From Minisyncoccota bacterium (GTDB taxonomy: Bacteria; Patescibacteriota; Minisyncoccia; Phycocordibacterales; PALSA-1337), in assembly GCA_041671485.1 (NCBI GenBank), contig JBAZBL010000002.1, forward strand, positions 9,320-73,319: a stretch of DNA of 64,000 nt, given 5' to 3'. Positions 1 to 9,096 of the stretch are shown in pieces. The notes below the pieces were generated by a model. The model was not told the DNA's origin, made no database searches, and saw only the letters and a program-made list of their open reading frames with translations. The position numbers and the translations under genes are program-made. Every line of letters starts with the position of its first letter. The stretch's first letter is position 1.

Positions 1-969
1 ACTATGAATTGTAGATGATATTTTGTCTCCTCTTCGAGATTTTTCCATTTTGGTAATGTCTATTTTTTGTGTTTCAAGTATTTCACTAAATAGTTTATAT
101 GCTCTATGATACATTGCTCCTATTTGACGATATTTTGGATTGTCTGATATTTCTACTTTGAATTCTTCTGCCAATTGATTTCTGATAGGAATACTAGAAT
201 CGCATAGATAAGCAATATTTCTGAAAGCAATAAGTTGACTCATTATCTCATCTAATACTATTGACTTGATTGGATGTTTTGCAAGTACATCTCTTGCAAT
301 CTCTTTTATAGATACATTTGGATTTGATTTGATAGCATTGACTAGAGTATCAGCAAAATCAGCAACTGCTTCTCCGTCTGCACCTATAATTACTTTTGCA
401 ATCCACATATTGCGTGTTTTACCTTTATCAGGGAATTCTCCGTATTTTACTGAAGGGGAATACCCTCTGACTATACTATCTCTCAGTGTATCTCCAAGTT
501 TCTTACTAGCATCTTCTGCTTTGCTACAGAAATCAAATGCCAAACCAAATATATTTCTTCGAATATTATCTGGCCTTTCTATATTTGGATCTTCTGGTCC
601 GGCAGCAACAATAAGGTCTACTTTCCTCACAAAGTCATCATATTGAGAAGGTATTATGACTTCTGTACCTTCTCCGAACATATCTCCATTTATAATACTA
701 TGAGTAAATATTGCTTCAGTTATTTTGCCATTTTCTTGTGCCTTAAGTTCTTCCGGACTCATGCGTCTCAACTTCTCTTCGAATAACTGCTTTAGATGAG
801 CAACCTTCTCTAAATCTCTATCTATCTCTTCATTACTAAATCTAGGATCATTCCTGAAACTCTCCAATTTGATGCGCTTGGCCTCCAAGACCTTTATATA
901 ATCCTCAAAAAACTTCTTTATATCTTCGAAGCGATCGGCTCCTGATGTCTGTGGTGCATGTTCTATCAT
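1..969 (-). CDS. Hypothetical protein, N-terminal 323 codons; gene continues beyond the window start
   Basis: Reverse-complement of 967-969 is ATG. An uninterrupted minus-strand frame (MIEHAPQTSGADRFEDIKKFFEDYIKVLEAKRIKLESF...) runs to position 1. It is absent from the ORF track only because no stop lies in the window. No family recognised. Confidence 0.45.
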   Translation of the reverse strand, partial: MIEHAPQTSGADRFEDIKKFFEDYIKVLEAKRIKLESFRNDPRFSNEEIDRDLEKVAHLKQLFEEKLRRMSPEELKAQENGKITEAIFTHSIINGDMFGEGTEVIIPSQYDDFVRKVDLIVAAGPEDPNIERPDNIRRNIFGLAFDFCSKAEDASKKLGDTLRDSIVRGYSPSVKYGEFPDKGKTRNMWIAKVIIGADGEAVADFADTLVNAIKSNPNVSIKEIARDVLAKHPIKSIVLDEIMSQLIAFRNIAYLCDSSIPIRNQLAEEFKVEISDNPKYRQIGAMYHRAYKLFSEILETQKIDITKMEKSRRGDKISSTIHS

Positions 970-1131
970 ATATATTATAAATAATTCAATAGTTTAATAT
1001 TTTTCACTTGTCTATTTTATATCACATATTACTATTCTTCTCAATATATATTAATAACCATTTTCCACAAATTGAAAATCCCCAACCTTTCGGCCGGGGA
1101 ATGAGGATGTCTAATCACTGATTGACGTTGA

Positions 1132-1533
1132 TCAATCAGTGGTCTCAAAATCGAATGGTACAGGTTCTGCTTCAAACGTCTCACCACGGTTCAGAGATAA
1201 GTTATGAAAAACTCTCTCTCCTTTAATGGCATGCTCCTCATCACCTGTGATGGGCTGATGACATTTCTGGCAGATTGAGTCAGGTGATGGTAACAAGCCA
1301 CCCGGTAAATCTCTCTCTGGATCAAATGGTGGTGGATTGGTTTGAACTGATTCACCTTGAAGTCCTGGAATCACTTCGAGCTGTGTTGGATGCTTCATCC
1401 GCCACAGCACTACTTCTTCAATTTCCCACACTTCGGGACTAGACAATTGTCTAGTCCTAAGAACAGTCAGTTTCAAACAACAAAGCAGTTGTTCTGGTGA
1501 CACTCTGGCATATTTCAATTGTGTTTCGGTCAT
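1132..1533 (-). CDS. Small hypothetical protein with a Cys/His cluster (CQKCH...H...H)
   Basis: 133-aa ORF with moderate GC. A 9-bp-arm stem-loop (cactgattg/caatcagtg) overlaps its stop at about 1117-1142. Confidence 0.35.
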   Translation of the reverse strand: MTETQLKYARVSPEQLLCCLKLTVLRTRQLSSPEVWEIEEVVLWRMKHPTQLEVIPGLQGESVQTNPPPFDPERDLPGGLLPSPDSICQKCHQPITGDEEHAIKGERVFHNLSLNRGETFEAEPVPFDFETTD

Positions 1534-1595
1534 AATATTCCTTTCTCCTTTAATAAACTAACATTTCTTGCAAGATTATAATAGGTACAATAACA

Positions 1596-1624
1596 TTGAC
1601 AACATAATCATTGTATGCTTAAAT
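1596..1624 (+). promoter_or_regulatory. Candidate sigma70-like promoter (TTGACA-17-TTAAAT) upstream of the 1705 cassette
   Basis: TTGACA at 1596-1601, 17-nt spacer, TTAAAT at 1619-1624. It sits about 80 nt upstream of the GTG start at 1705, which has an AGGAG SD at 1694-1698. Confidence 0.3.
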
Positions 1625-1704
1625 TAAACAGAATTTCATTTGGCATTAAATGATGCTGAATAATAGTGAACATTGACAATAACCCCAAAACCCAGGAGTA
1701 ATAG

Positions 1705-2940
1705 GTGCAGATAAACTATCCCAGAGAAAGACACGGACTACCACCGGAACATGAAGTGCGAGATATCATTTTGGTCTTATGCCACGAGTGTGGTTGGAAC
1801 CATGATAATGTCAGACTTCAATACATTGGTGGTGATCGACGCAAATATTTCCCCAAACAGGGAATCAAACTTATGCGTGGTTGCCAGTTTACTGTGCAAT
1901 TATATGTAGGTTGCGACAACGAAACGGTTGAGACTCACTTCCAGCTTATAAACGGAAACGGACGAGCGCGTCCGGGTCATGAGCTTTACCAAGAAATGAT
2001 CGGAATCTTCAGCGGCCGAATGATGATCGTCACCGACGAAATGATCCGTGAATTGCGCACTGGCATCAGTGGAAACGTTGTTCGCAGTCAACAACCTGAA
2101 CAACCGACGGTTGTCGTATCTGACGACACTGTATCTGATGGTAGTGTGGACCAAAATGAAATCGTTGACGATGCTTCGTCCACAACTCCAGCACCAAAGT
2201 CATCAGAGCCATCACCGGAGCCACAAGCTCCATTAGCTGATCCGGTACATTACAAAAAGTACTTTGATGATCCCTCCAAACTGCATTTAGGTGTCTGTGC
2301 TCTCGTCGCCATGTGCGACGAAGATACACAAAAACCGTTCAGTTTCGGAGACTTCGAAAAAGTCATCGCCGAATTGGATGTCCCCACGGGTAACATATCG
2401 CCGATGGTGTTCATCAGAGTCTTCACGACAAGAGGATTTGTAATTCGGCTCAACCCGGAAAGCAAACCTTCTCGTTATGCGATCACCGCAGCCGCAGTAG
2501 ACTTTGCGCTCGGTCCGATACCGAATTCTTTGATAAAAACCAAAATGCAAATCGAAGCGGAAGCTAACCGAAAACGAACACCTTCCGCCAAACCGAAAGC
2601 AGACATCCCAAAAACAGACATCAAGCAATCATTGCTTGAACTGAGAGCCAAGGCGGATGAACACAAAGTCCTCGAGGGTAAGTTGACTGCCGTTAAAAAT
2701 CGGTTGGCCAAATTGCAGGAAGTGGACATTACTGCCGAGGAAAAAAACGCCAAGGCAGAAATCACTTCGCACCAAAAGCGAATCGATGACCTCCGTGTGT
2801 TTCTCGATGACCTCGAGAAACGGAAAGGGGAAATACAAGCTACAGAAAAGGAAAGCGAGCACCTGAACAAGGCACTTAGTGATCCTCATCTTCTGCAAGC
2901 ACTCAGTCAACTCGAAGAATTCAAGAAACTGCTGTCCTAA
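1705..2940 (+). CDS. Hypothetical protein with an N-terminal Cys-rich region (CHECGW...C...C) and a C-terminal coiled coil
   Basis: 411-aa ORF with GTG start 6 nt after an AGGAG SD. The C-terminal about 120 aa are K/E/L-rich heptad-like. A rho-independent terminator follows. Higher GC than the genome background. Confidence 0.5.
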   Translation: MQINYPRERHGLPPEHEVRDIILVLCHECGWNHDNVRLQYIGGDRRKYFPKQGIKLMRGCQFTVQLYVGCDNETVETHFQLINGNGRARPGHELYQEMIGIFSGRMMIVTDEMIRELRTGISGNVVRSQQPEQPTVVVSDDTVSDGSVDQNEIVDDASSTTPAPKSSEPSPEPQAPLADPVHYKKYFDDPSKLHLGVCALVAMCDEDTQKPFSFGDFEKVIAELDVPTGNISPMVFIRVFTTRGFVIRLNPESKPSRYAITAAAVDFALGPIPNSLIKTKMQIEAEANRKRTPSAKPKADIPKTDIKQSLLELRAKADEHKVLEGKLTAVKNRLAKLQEVDITAEEKNAKAEITSHQKRIDDLRVFLDDLEKRKGEIQATEKESEHLNKALSDPHLLQALSQLEEFKKLLS

Positions 2941-2966
2941 GTCTTGAATTTGCTGAAAAGAATCAC

Positions 2967-2992
2967 AGGCGCACAAAAGTGCGCCTTTTTTA
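2967..2992 (+). terminator. Rho-independent terminator
   Basis: aggcgcac-aaaa-gtgcgcct stem-loop followed by TTTTTT. Confidence 0.6.
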
Positions 2993-3037
2993 TATTTTTT
3001 CAAAATAATTAAAGATTTTAAGCATAAAAAAGTAGTC

Positions 3038-3066
3038 TTGACATTAAATCAAATATATGTAATATA
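3038..3066 (+). promoter_or_regulatory. Candidate promoter (TTGACA, about 17-nt spacer, TGtAATATA extended -10)
   Basis: TTGACA at 3038-3043 and a TG-extended AT-rich -10 at about 3058-3066. It lies about 45 nt upstream of the ATG at 3114. Confidence 0.35.
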
Positions 3067-3113
3067 TATACAAGATCTTCCACACAACAACAATTGACCA
3101 TTGACAATATGAA

Positions 3114-3782
3114 ATGAAGACCGCAAAAACAATGAAAACTAAGGATTGCATGGCGGATTTCTTTAGGCGTTTCGGTAAATCCGAAGCCCTGATTGAGTTC
3201 GCGGAGGTACAATCCGACACTGAAAGAATGTGGCGCAAACACGGCATTATGCCGACAGGAGAAGTTCTTCTTCGGGTGTGTTATTTTCTGGATCTGATCG
3301 GATACAAAGTTGAAGAGCTTATGCGGGTCCACCCTGACATATTCACGGTTGGACAATGTATAGCTTTCAACCTGATGACTCCACGTATCGTGGAGAGAGC
3401 CATCGGTACGACCGACCGAAAAGCCCTATATCGATATTTTCGAGAAGGCATCGGAGTAACCAGAGAGCGTCTGAATGAATTCAAACTCATTGCAGATTCT
3501 CGTCGGTCTCAACTGACCGAAATGGTAAAACAGAAGCGTCTCGGTTTGAAACAGTTGCTCGGTAATTCACCAAGCCACAGTAACAAACCAGACGATTCAT
3601 TGATAGGCGAATTTGCTGCAGCTTGTTCGAGCGTAAGAACACTAGGAGGGAAACTCTTGGAGGGTCCTGTTGAAAATCGAATACGGATGCGGCAAAAAAT
3701 GGTTGAAGGGCCAGAACCGGCTCTTCATCTGACTTGGGAAACACTGAACAACCTGTTAAGCGAAAAGAAAGGAATCATATGA
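3114..3782 (+). CDS. Hypothetical protein (222 aa), middle gene of the three-gene cassette
   Basis: ORF with no recognisable motifs. Its stop TGA overlaps the downstream ATG (ATGA), indicating translational coupling. Confidence 0.45.
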   Translation: MKTAKTMKTKDCMADFFRRFGKSEALIEFAEVQSDTERMWRKHGIMPTGEVLLRVCYFLDLIGYKVEELMRVHPDIFTVGQCIAFNLMTPRIVERAIGTTDRKALYRYFREGIGVTRERLNEFKLIADSRRSQLTEMVKQKRLGLKQLLGNSPSHSNKPDDSLIGEFAAACSSVRTLGGKLLEGPVENRIRMRQKMVEGPEPALHLTWETLNNLLSEKKGII

Positions 3783-5416
3783 ATGCAATTAATGTTGCAC
3801 TACATCAGGGTAAAGTCATGTATAGGTTGGCGAAAAACTATGCCGATCTATCAGCAGTAATCAAGGAGGTCGTGCAGAATTCTGTCGACTCTTGTGCCAA
3901 ACGAATCGCTATTCAAATAAGTGTGCCACAGCGCACCTTTACTGTGTATGACAATGGTTCGGGGGCTAGCCGTGAGAAAATCACGCAAGCCCTTCAATCC
4001 ATTGGTAATACCCTTAAGGATGTTGGCAAGTATGGGCAGTTTGGACTCGGTCTGATCTCTCCTATTTCCATTGCCCGAGAATTCACCCTGACTTCGTGTC
4101 CGGCACCACGCCGAAGCGATTTCATGGAGTATCGATTCGTAACCGCGACCATCATCAAGCAAAAGCAGGTCTCAATTCCCAGTAGTCCTGTGAGTGGTCT
4201 CGAACACGATCCCAATGGAAAAACTTGGTGGCGCACGAAAGTTAATGTGGGCGGAATCACTAAAGACCGTCGCACCTCGCATCTAGACCCCGCTGAACTG
4301 ACAAGCGATATCGCACTCAAGTTTGGCGATGCCATCAGGGAAAGGCAAATTGACATTACCATCGACATTACCAATGACGATGGACACCAGTCAATCCTCA
4401 AGGTTGAGGCCCCCCAATTCTCCGGAAGAAAGATTGATGTCTTTAAGGAGGAAATGCCCGAGAGCGGCAAGGTAAAGGTTGAGCTCTACATTGCTCCTTT
4501 GGGACGTCGCGGTCGTCAAGGAAAAGTCGTCTTTGGCACAATGAACAACCCATCGCGCCTTTCACCGAAGCAATTCGTTGATTGCACCGTGACATTGCTC
4601 GATCAGCCGGTCGCTAAAGCACTCCTCTCTGGGGTTTTTGAGGGTCAAGTGCTCTGTGAGAAGGTTGCTCTACATGCTGACCGTACCAAATTCGAGGAGA
4701 ACGACGCACTCTTTGTGCTTTGTGAAGTTCTTGGGTTCTGGCATAAGAAGGTCGGTAAGAAAATCATTATTGAGGTGGAAGAACAGGCCTCCGACGATCG
4801 ATTCCAACGAATCGGTGTACAAGTGATGCCATATGCCGAGCTCCTGCTAAAACAGGTGGAGTTCGAATCAGTGGCGAGATTGATCACAGTCGGGTCTGTT
4901 GGTCCTGAACATGTCAAAGTTTCTCGAAAACAGATCATTGGTCAGGATGATGGCACTTCAGTATCAATTGGGGGTAAACCTTTTGAAGAAAAGGAAATAT
5001 GCAAAGGAGGATCTGGCAGTGGTGGTAAAACAATCCCAAAGATAGACCATCCACTTCATAAACCAGGACTCGTCTACGGCCCTCGCGGTCGCAAACGGAC
5101 TGATGTCAGAAGCAGTTCTACAGGTCTCCGGTTTGAACACGTCGAGATGGAAGACTTCAGGGTTCCTTTCGTCTTTGAACCACGGACCGGCATGTTGTCA
5201 TTCAACATCAACAATCCCAACTGGGGATTGTGCCAAGAAAATGACACTTTCCTGTCGGACTATCACATGGCGGTAATCAATACCGCCCTGTCTGCTGAAT
5301 TGTTCAGAGATACGGGTGGAATGATTCACCCCGAAGTGACCAAGTTTGCTCACGAGAATCTGTCTCATCAGGTCTTTGCTATCAGGAACGGCAAAGCCAT
5401 CCAAGTGAAGCACTAA
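3779..5416 (+). CDS. GHKL (Bergerat-fold, HATPase_c/MORC-MutL-Hsp90-like) ATPase with a large uncharacterised C-terminal region
   Basis: N-box E-VVQNSVDS, G1 box DNGSG, G2 box GQFGLGL within the first ~110 aa. A GAAAGGAA SD precedes the ATG at 3779. An alternative in-frame start at 3734 overlaps the upstream gene. Confidence 0.6.
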   Translation: MNAINVALHQGKVMYRLAKNYADLSAVIKEVVQNSVDSCAKRIAIQISVPQRTFTVYDNGSGASREKITQALQSIGNTLKDVGKYGQFGLGLISPISIAREFTLTSCPAPRRSDFMEYRFVTATIIKQKQVSIPSSPVSGLEHDPNGKTWWRTKVNVGGITKDRRTSHLDPAELTSDIALKFGDAIRERQIDITIDITNDDGHQSILKVEAPQFSGRKIDVFKEEMPESGKVKVELYIAPLGRRGRQGKVVFGTMNNPSRLSPKQFVDCTVTLLDQPVAKALLSGVFEGQVLCEKVALHADRTKFEENDALFVLCEVLGFWHKKVGKKIIIEVEEQASDDRFQRIGVQVMPYAELLLKQVEFESVARLITVGSVGPEHVKVSRKQIIGQDDGTSVSIGGKPFEEKEICKGGSGSGGKTIPKIDHPLHKPGLVYGPRGRKRTDVRSSSTGLRFEHVEMEDFRVPFVFEPRTGMLSFNINNPNWGLCQENDTFLSDYHMAVINTALSAELFRDTGGMIHPEVTKFAHENLSHQVFAIRNGKAIQVKH

Positions 5417-5436
5417 AGAACAAATTATGTGTACAC

Positions 5437-5471
5437 ATCACCACGGACATCATGTCTGTGGTGATTTTTTA
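5437..5471 (+). terminator. Rho-independent terminator
   Basis: atcaccacgga...tctgtggtgat stem followed by TTTTTTATT. Confidence 0.55.
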
Positions 5472-5611
5472 TTAAAATATATCTTAACTTCTATATTTCT
5501 TTGCTATTCATTTCGTCGCTGAGTAAAGTTACCTAGCGTGGCGTACTGTGTGGTTTGGTGCGGAGCGATTGATCGTAAGGTCAGTCGCTTTTTATATACA
5601 CCAAAGATTTT

Positions 5612-6259
5612 ATGATACAATTCTCGAACATGATTTATATTTTTCTTGATGAAAGTGGAGATTTGGGATTTGGTGAGCGTTCTACTCGCTGGTTTGTGAT
5701 TGCTACTATTATAACTACAAATTTCAGACCAATAGAGAAAGCTGTGACAAAGATATGGTGTTCGATGTCAAAAAAATATCAGAAACACGGAGAACTTCAC
5801 GCCAATTTTCATAATAGTTCAATACGAAGAAGATTTGTAAAAGCTATATCTAAAATAGAAAATTTAAATATAGCTTATGTGGTAGTAAATAAGCGAAATA
5901 CACCACATAACATAAAATATGAACATGAAAATCTGTATACATATGCGACCTATGTTTTATTGGAGAAGATTCAGTCACTTGGAATAATTACTCATGACAA
6001 TCAAGTGACACTTTGTGCGGATAAAAGATCCACAAATAAGATATTGAACAAGCATTTTACAGAATATATCACTAAATTGACAGAAAAGAATAGAGATGAG
6101 CCAATAAAGGTTGAGTTAATCAATTCGAGTAATAGCAAATCATTACAAGCAGTAGATTTTGTGTCATGGGCAATCTTTAGGAAATACGAAAGAAATGATC
6201 ACGAATTGTATGATTTGATAAGAGAACAGATCTGTAGTGAACAGATTTTATATCAATAA
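5612..6259 (+). CDS. DUF3800 family protein
   Basis: N-terminal IYIFLDESGDLGF motif typical of DUF3800. Very low GC compared with both flanks. Confidence 0.6.
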   Translation: MIQFSNMIYIFLDESGDLGFGERSTRWFVIATIITTNFRPIEKAVTKIWCSMSKKYQKHGELHANFHNSSIRRRFVKAISKIENLNIAYVVVNKRNTPHNIKYEHENLYTYATYVLLEKIQSLGIITHDNQVTLCADKRSTNKILNKHFTEYITKLTEKNRDEPIKVELINSSNSKSLQAVDFVSWAIFRKYERNDHELYDLIREQICSEQILYQ

Positions 6260-6363
6260 TAAATAAGAAAGCCCCTCCACTTTAACGAAGCACCAAGTGC
6301 ATCAACATGGAAGGGTCTTACTCCTTAATGAGAATAATAACAAACAAAAAAATAAATACAATA

Positions 6364-6392
6364 TTGACAATACTTATTAGCTGTGATAGTGT
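6364..6392 (+). promoter_or_regulatory. Candidate promoter (TTGACA-17-TAGTGT)
   Basis: TTGACA at 6364-6369 with a weak -10. Sits just upstream of the ORF starting at 6407. Confidence 0.25.
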
Positions 6393-6406
6393 GATATTGG
6401 ATTAGC

Positions 6407-7072
6407 ATGTTGCTAAAACCCGATCTAAATAACAGATCGTTTGACAACTTTCAACTCATGAGAACATTGACTTTACGTATTCTTGGTACAACACCGTTAA
6501 TTTTACATCGCATTTCCAGGCATGAATTGCGTGAACAGATTGCCTCGGATGCCAGTAAGGGCATACTGTTCGAACAAGAAGCCTTGGAAAATATGAGCAA
6601 AGACGACGACGGTAACCCTGTCGTTCCCGTCTCTTGGCTCTGGGACGCAATCCGCAAAGGTTGCTCCAAGATAACTGTTGACGGAGGCAGTCAATTGAGC
6701 TTCGTCAGATTACAGCAAGTACTTCATCTGCCTAGTGGATCTATTCCGCTCCGCAAAAGGAATCAACATCTGGATAGGGAATGGGAGGTATACACTAGTG
6801 TCCAACATGCTTCACCGGGATCAAAGAAAATGATTACCGTGGTTGCTCCAATGTTTCGGCACTGGATGCTTGAGGGATCAGTGGCCGTTGATGGAAATCA
6901 ATACGATGATTACCTACTTCAGAGAGTTTTCAATGAAGCGGGCAAAGTCGGTATGGGTCTCTTCCATCCACCCAAGAAGCAGTTTGGGAAGTTCACGACT
7001 TTTGTTACGCCAAGCGACGTGCGCCTCTCCCAAGTCAAGTTAGGTGCCGTCCGGTCTAGTCTGGAGCGTTGA
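6407..7072 (+). CDS. Hypothetical protein (221 aa)
   Basis: ORF in a higher-GC segment. No family recognised. Confidence 0.4.
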   Translation: MLLKPDLNNRSFDNFQLMRTLTLRILGTTPLILHRISRHELREQIASDASKGILFEQEALENMSKDDDGNPVVPVSWLWDAIRKGCSKITVDGGSQLSFVRLQQVLHLPSGSIPLRKRNQHLDREWEVYTSVQHASPGSKKMITVVAPMFRHWMLEGSVAVDGNQYDDYLLQRVFNEAGKVGMGLFHPPKKQFGKFTTFVTPSDVRLSQVKLGAVRSSLER

Positions 7073-7124
7073 GATGTTTTTTTGACGCTATTCAGCGCAC
7101 GATCTTCTACAGGACTGTGCGCTT

Positions 7125-8966
7125 TTACTTTCTATCAGAAATCTCTCTCTGTAACTTCTCCAATATTTCCGCGGTTGGTAATTGTCCCACCTGCCCATTG
7201 TCCCTACTTTCCAACGTAACCTTGTTTGCCTCCACATCTTTGTCGCCAATAATTATAAAATAGGGGATTTTTGCTGTTTTCGCATTTCTGACTTTTTTGC
7301 CGAATCCATCATTTGAAATATCGAGTTCGGAGCGAATGAATGAGTCGTGTAATGATTCATGGACTTTTCTAGCAGTATCAAAATGAGTTTCTCCGATTGG
7401 TATGACTTTCACTTGAATAGGTGCAAGCCATAGAGGGAAGTTGCCACCATAATGTTCGATCAAAAATCCGATGAAGCGTTCATGTGTGCCGAGAGGAGCG
7501 CGGTGAATGCAGAGCGGAGTTTTCTTTGTGCCATCTTTATCGGTATATTCAAGATCAAATCTTTTTGGTACAGCAAAGTCAACTTGATTGGTTGCTAGGG
7601 TAAATTCTTTGCCAATAGCAGACCATACTTGTACATCTATCTTTGGTCCATAGAATGCGGCTTCATTGGCTACTTCTACGAAAGGTATTTTGGAATCAAC
7701 TAGTACTTTGCGTACCATATCTTCTGTTTTCTTCCATAATTCTGGCTCATCTACAAACTTTTTGCCAAGCTTCTTTGGATCGTGTGTAGAGAAACGCATT
7801 ATGTATTTGTCTATGCCAAATATCTTGAAATATTTTATATACATATCATTTACAGCCTGGAATTCACTGGCAAACTGTTCTTCTGTGCAATAGATATGTG
7901 CATCATTCATAGAAAGCATACGGACACGCATAAGGCCAAATAGTTCACCAGACTTTTCGTGGCGATAATTTGTGCCATATTCGGCTAAGCGCAAAGGTAG
8001 ATCGCGATAGCTTCTCATTCTAGAAGCAAAGATTTTGTGATGATGTGGACAATTCATGGCCTTGAGATAGTATTTGCCACCTTCATACTCCATAGGAGGG
8101 AACATAGATTCTTCATAATATGGCAAATGACCACTCTTCAGATACATAGAATCTTTGGCTATATGAGGAGTCCTAACCCTCTTATAATTCATCATGAATT
8201 CTGTTTCCTTTGCAAGTTTTTCCAATTCCTCTATCATAGCTGCGCCATTGGGTAACCATAGTGGAAGTCCTGGTCCAACATCATCATCAAATTCAAATAT
8301 ATCCATCTCTTTACCTATCTTGCGATGGTCTCTCTTTTCCGCTTCTTTCATCATGGTCTCATATTCAGATAGCTCTTTTTTATTTTCAAAAGCAAGTCCA
8401 TATATGCGAGTAAGCATTTTGTTTTTCTCATCACCACGCCAATATGCACCAGCTATGCGAGAAAGTTTCCACGAATCGGGCTTTATTTCTTTTGCAGGAT
8501 TTTCGACATGACCACCGCGACAGAGGTCGGTGAATGAAACCGCAACCTCCTCGGCGCGACGAAATGCCTTCGTTGGCTTCGCCAAGTCGCCATTTGTCGC
8601 CGCCTCAACGGTTGCGGTTTCGCTTTTATTTCCAACAGTGTAAAAAGTAATTATTTCTCCCGACTTTTCCAAGTCTTCTATCAATTCTAGTTTATAAGTA
8701 TTATCCTTGAATGAATCTTTAGCCTCCTCTGGACTCACTTCTTTATGCGAAAATGCTTGCCACTTTGGCAAAAGCTCTTTCATCTTTTTCTCTATCTTCG
8801 GCAAATCTTCATCAGTAATTTTCAAATCATCAAAGTCGTAATAAAAACCATTATCAATAGCAGGACCAATAGTGTTTTTTGCTTCTGGATATAGCTCCAA
8901 AACTGCTGCCGCTAGTAGGTGCGCGAGAGTATGTCTTTTCTTTGATAATTCTTCTGAAGGATTCAT
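7125..8966 (-). CDS. thrS: Threonyl-tRNA synthetase, short form lacking N-terminal TGS/editing domains
   Basis: Class II aaRS core plus C-terminal anticodon-binding domain. Strong similarity to ThrRS catalytic region (e.g. LAEYGTNYRHEKSGELFGLMRVR, HRAPLGTHERFIGFLIEHYGG, IIIGDKDVE). Confidence 0.88.
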   Translation of the reverse strand: MNPSEELSKKRHTLAHLLAAAVLELYPEAKNTIGPAIDNGFYYDFDDLKITDEDLPKIEKKMKELLPKWQAFSHKEVSPEEAKDSFKDNTYKLELIEDLEKSGEIITFYTVGNKSETATVEAATNGDLAKPTKAFRRAEEVAVSFTDLCRGGHVENPAKEIKPDSWKLSRIAGAYWRGDEKNKMLTRIYGLAFENKKELSEYETMMKEAEKRDHRKIGKEMDIFEFDDDVGPGLPLWLPNGAAMIEELEKLAKETEFMMNYKRVRTPHIAKDSMYLKSGHLPYYEESMFPPMEYEGGKYYLKAMNCPHHHKIFASRMRSYRDLPLRLAEYGTNYRHEKSGELFGLMRVRMLSMNDAHIYCTEEQFASEFQAVNDMYIKYFKIFGIDKYIMRFSTHDPKKLGKKFVDEPELWKKTEDMVRKVLVDSKIPFVEVANEAAFYGPKIDVQVWSAIGKEFTLATNQVDFAVPKRFDLEYTDKDGTKKTPLCIHRAPLGTHERFIGFLIEHYGGNFPLWLAPIQVKVIPIGETHFDTARKVHESLHDSFIRSELDISNDGFGKKVRNAKTAKIPYFIIIGDKDVEANKVTLESRDNGQVGQLPTAEILEKLQREISDRK

Positions 8967-9011
8967 GAGTAAAATATAACATTTTATTGTTTTCCTTGCT
9001 ATATAGTCCTT

Positions 9012-9032
9012 TACCGAAATCGGATCTCGGTA
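9012..9032. repeat. Palindrome family A copy 1 (taCCGAaATCgGATCTCGGta)
   Basis: Near-perfect 10-nt arms. Lies in the divergent intergenic region between thrS and the cupin gene. Related copies at 32895-32915 and 50103-50121. Confidence 0.6.
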
Positions 9033-9096
9033 GTGATTATCTGGTATAATAAATATACAGTCTTGAAAATAGGAATTAATAAATAATTATAATAAT

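Noticed and set aside
266-646. 126-aa plus-strand ORF
   Set aside because: Low-complexity (S/L/A-rich) product lying antisense to a long uninterrupted minus-strand coding frame (1-969) that has a proper start.
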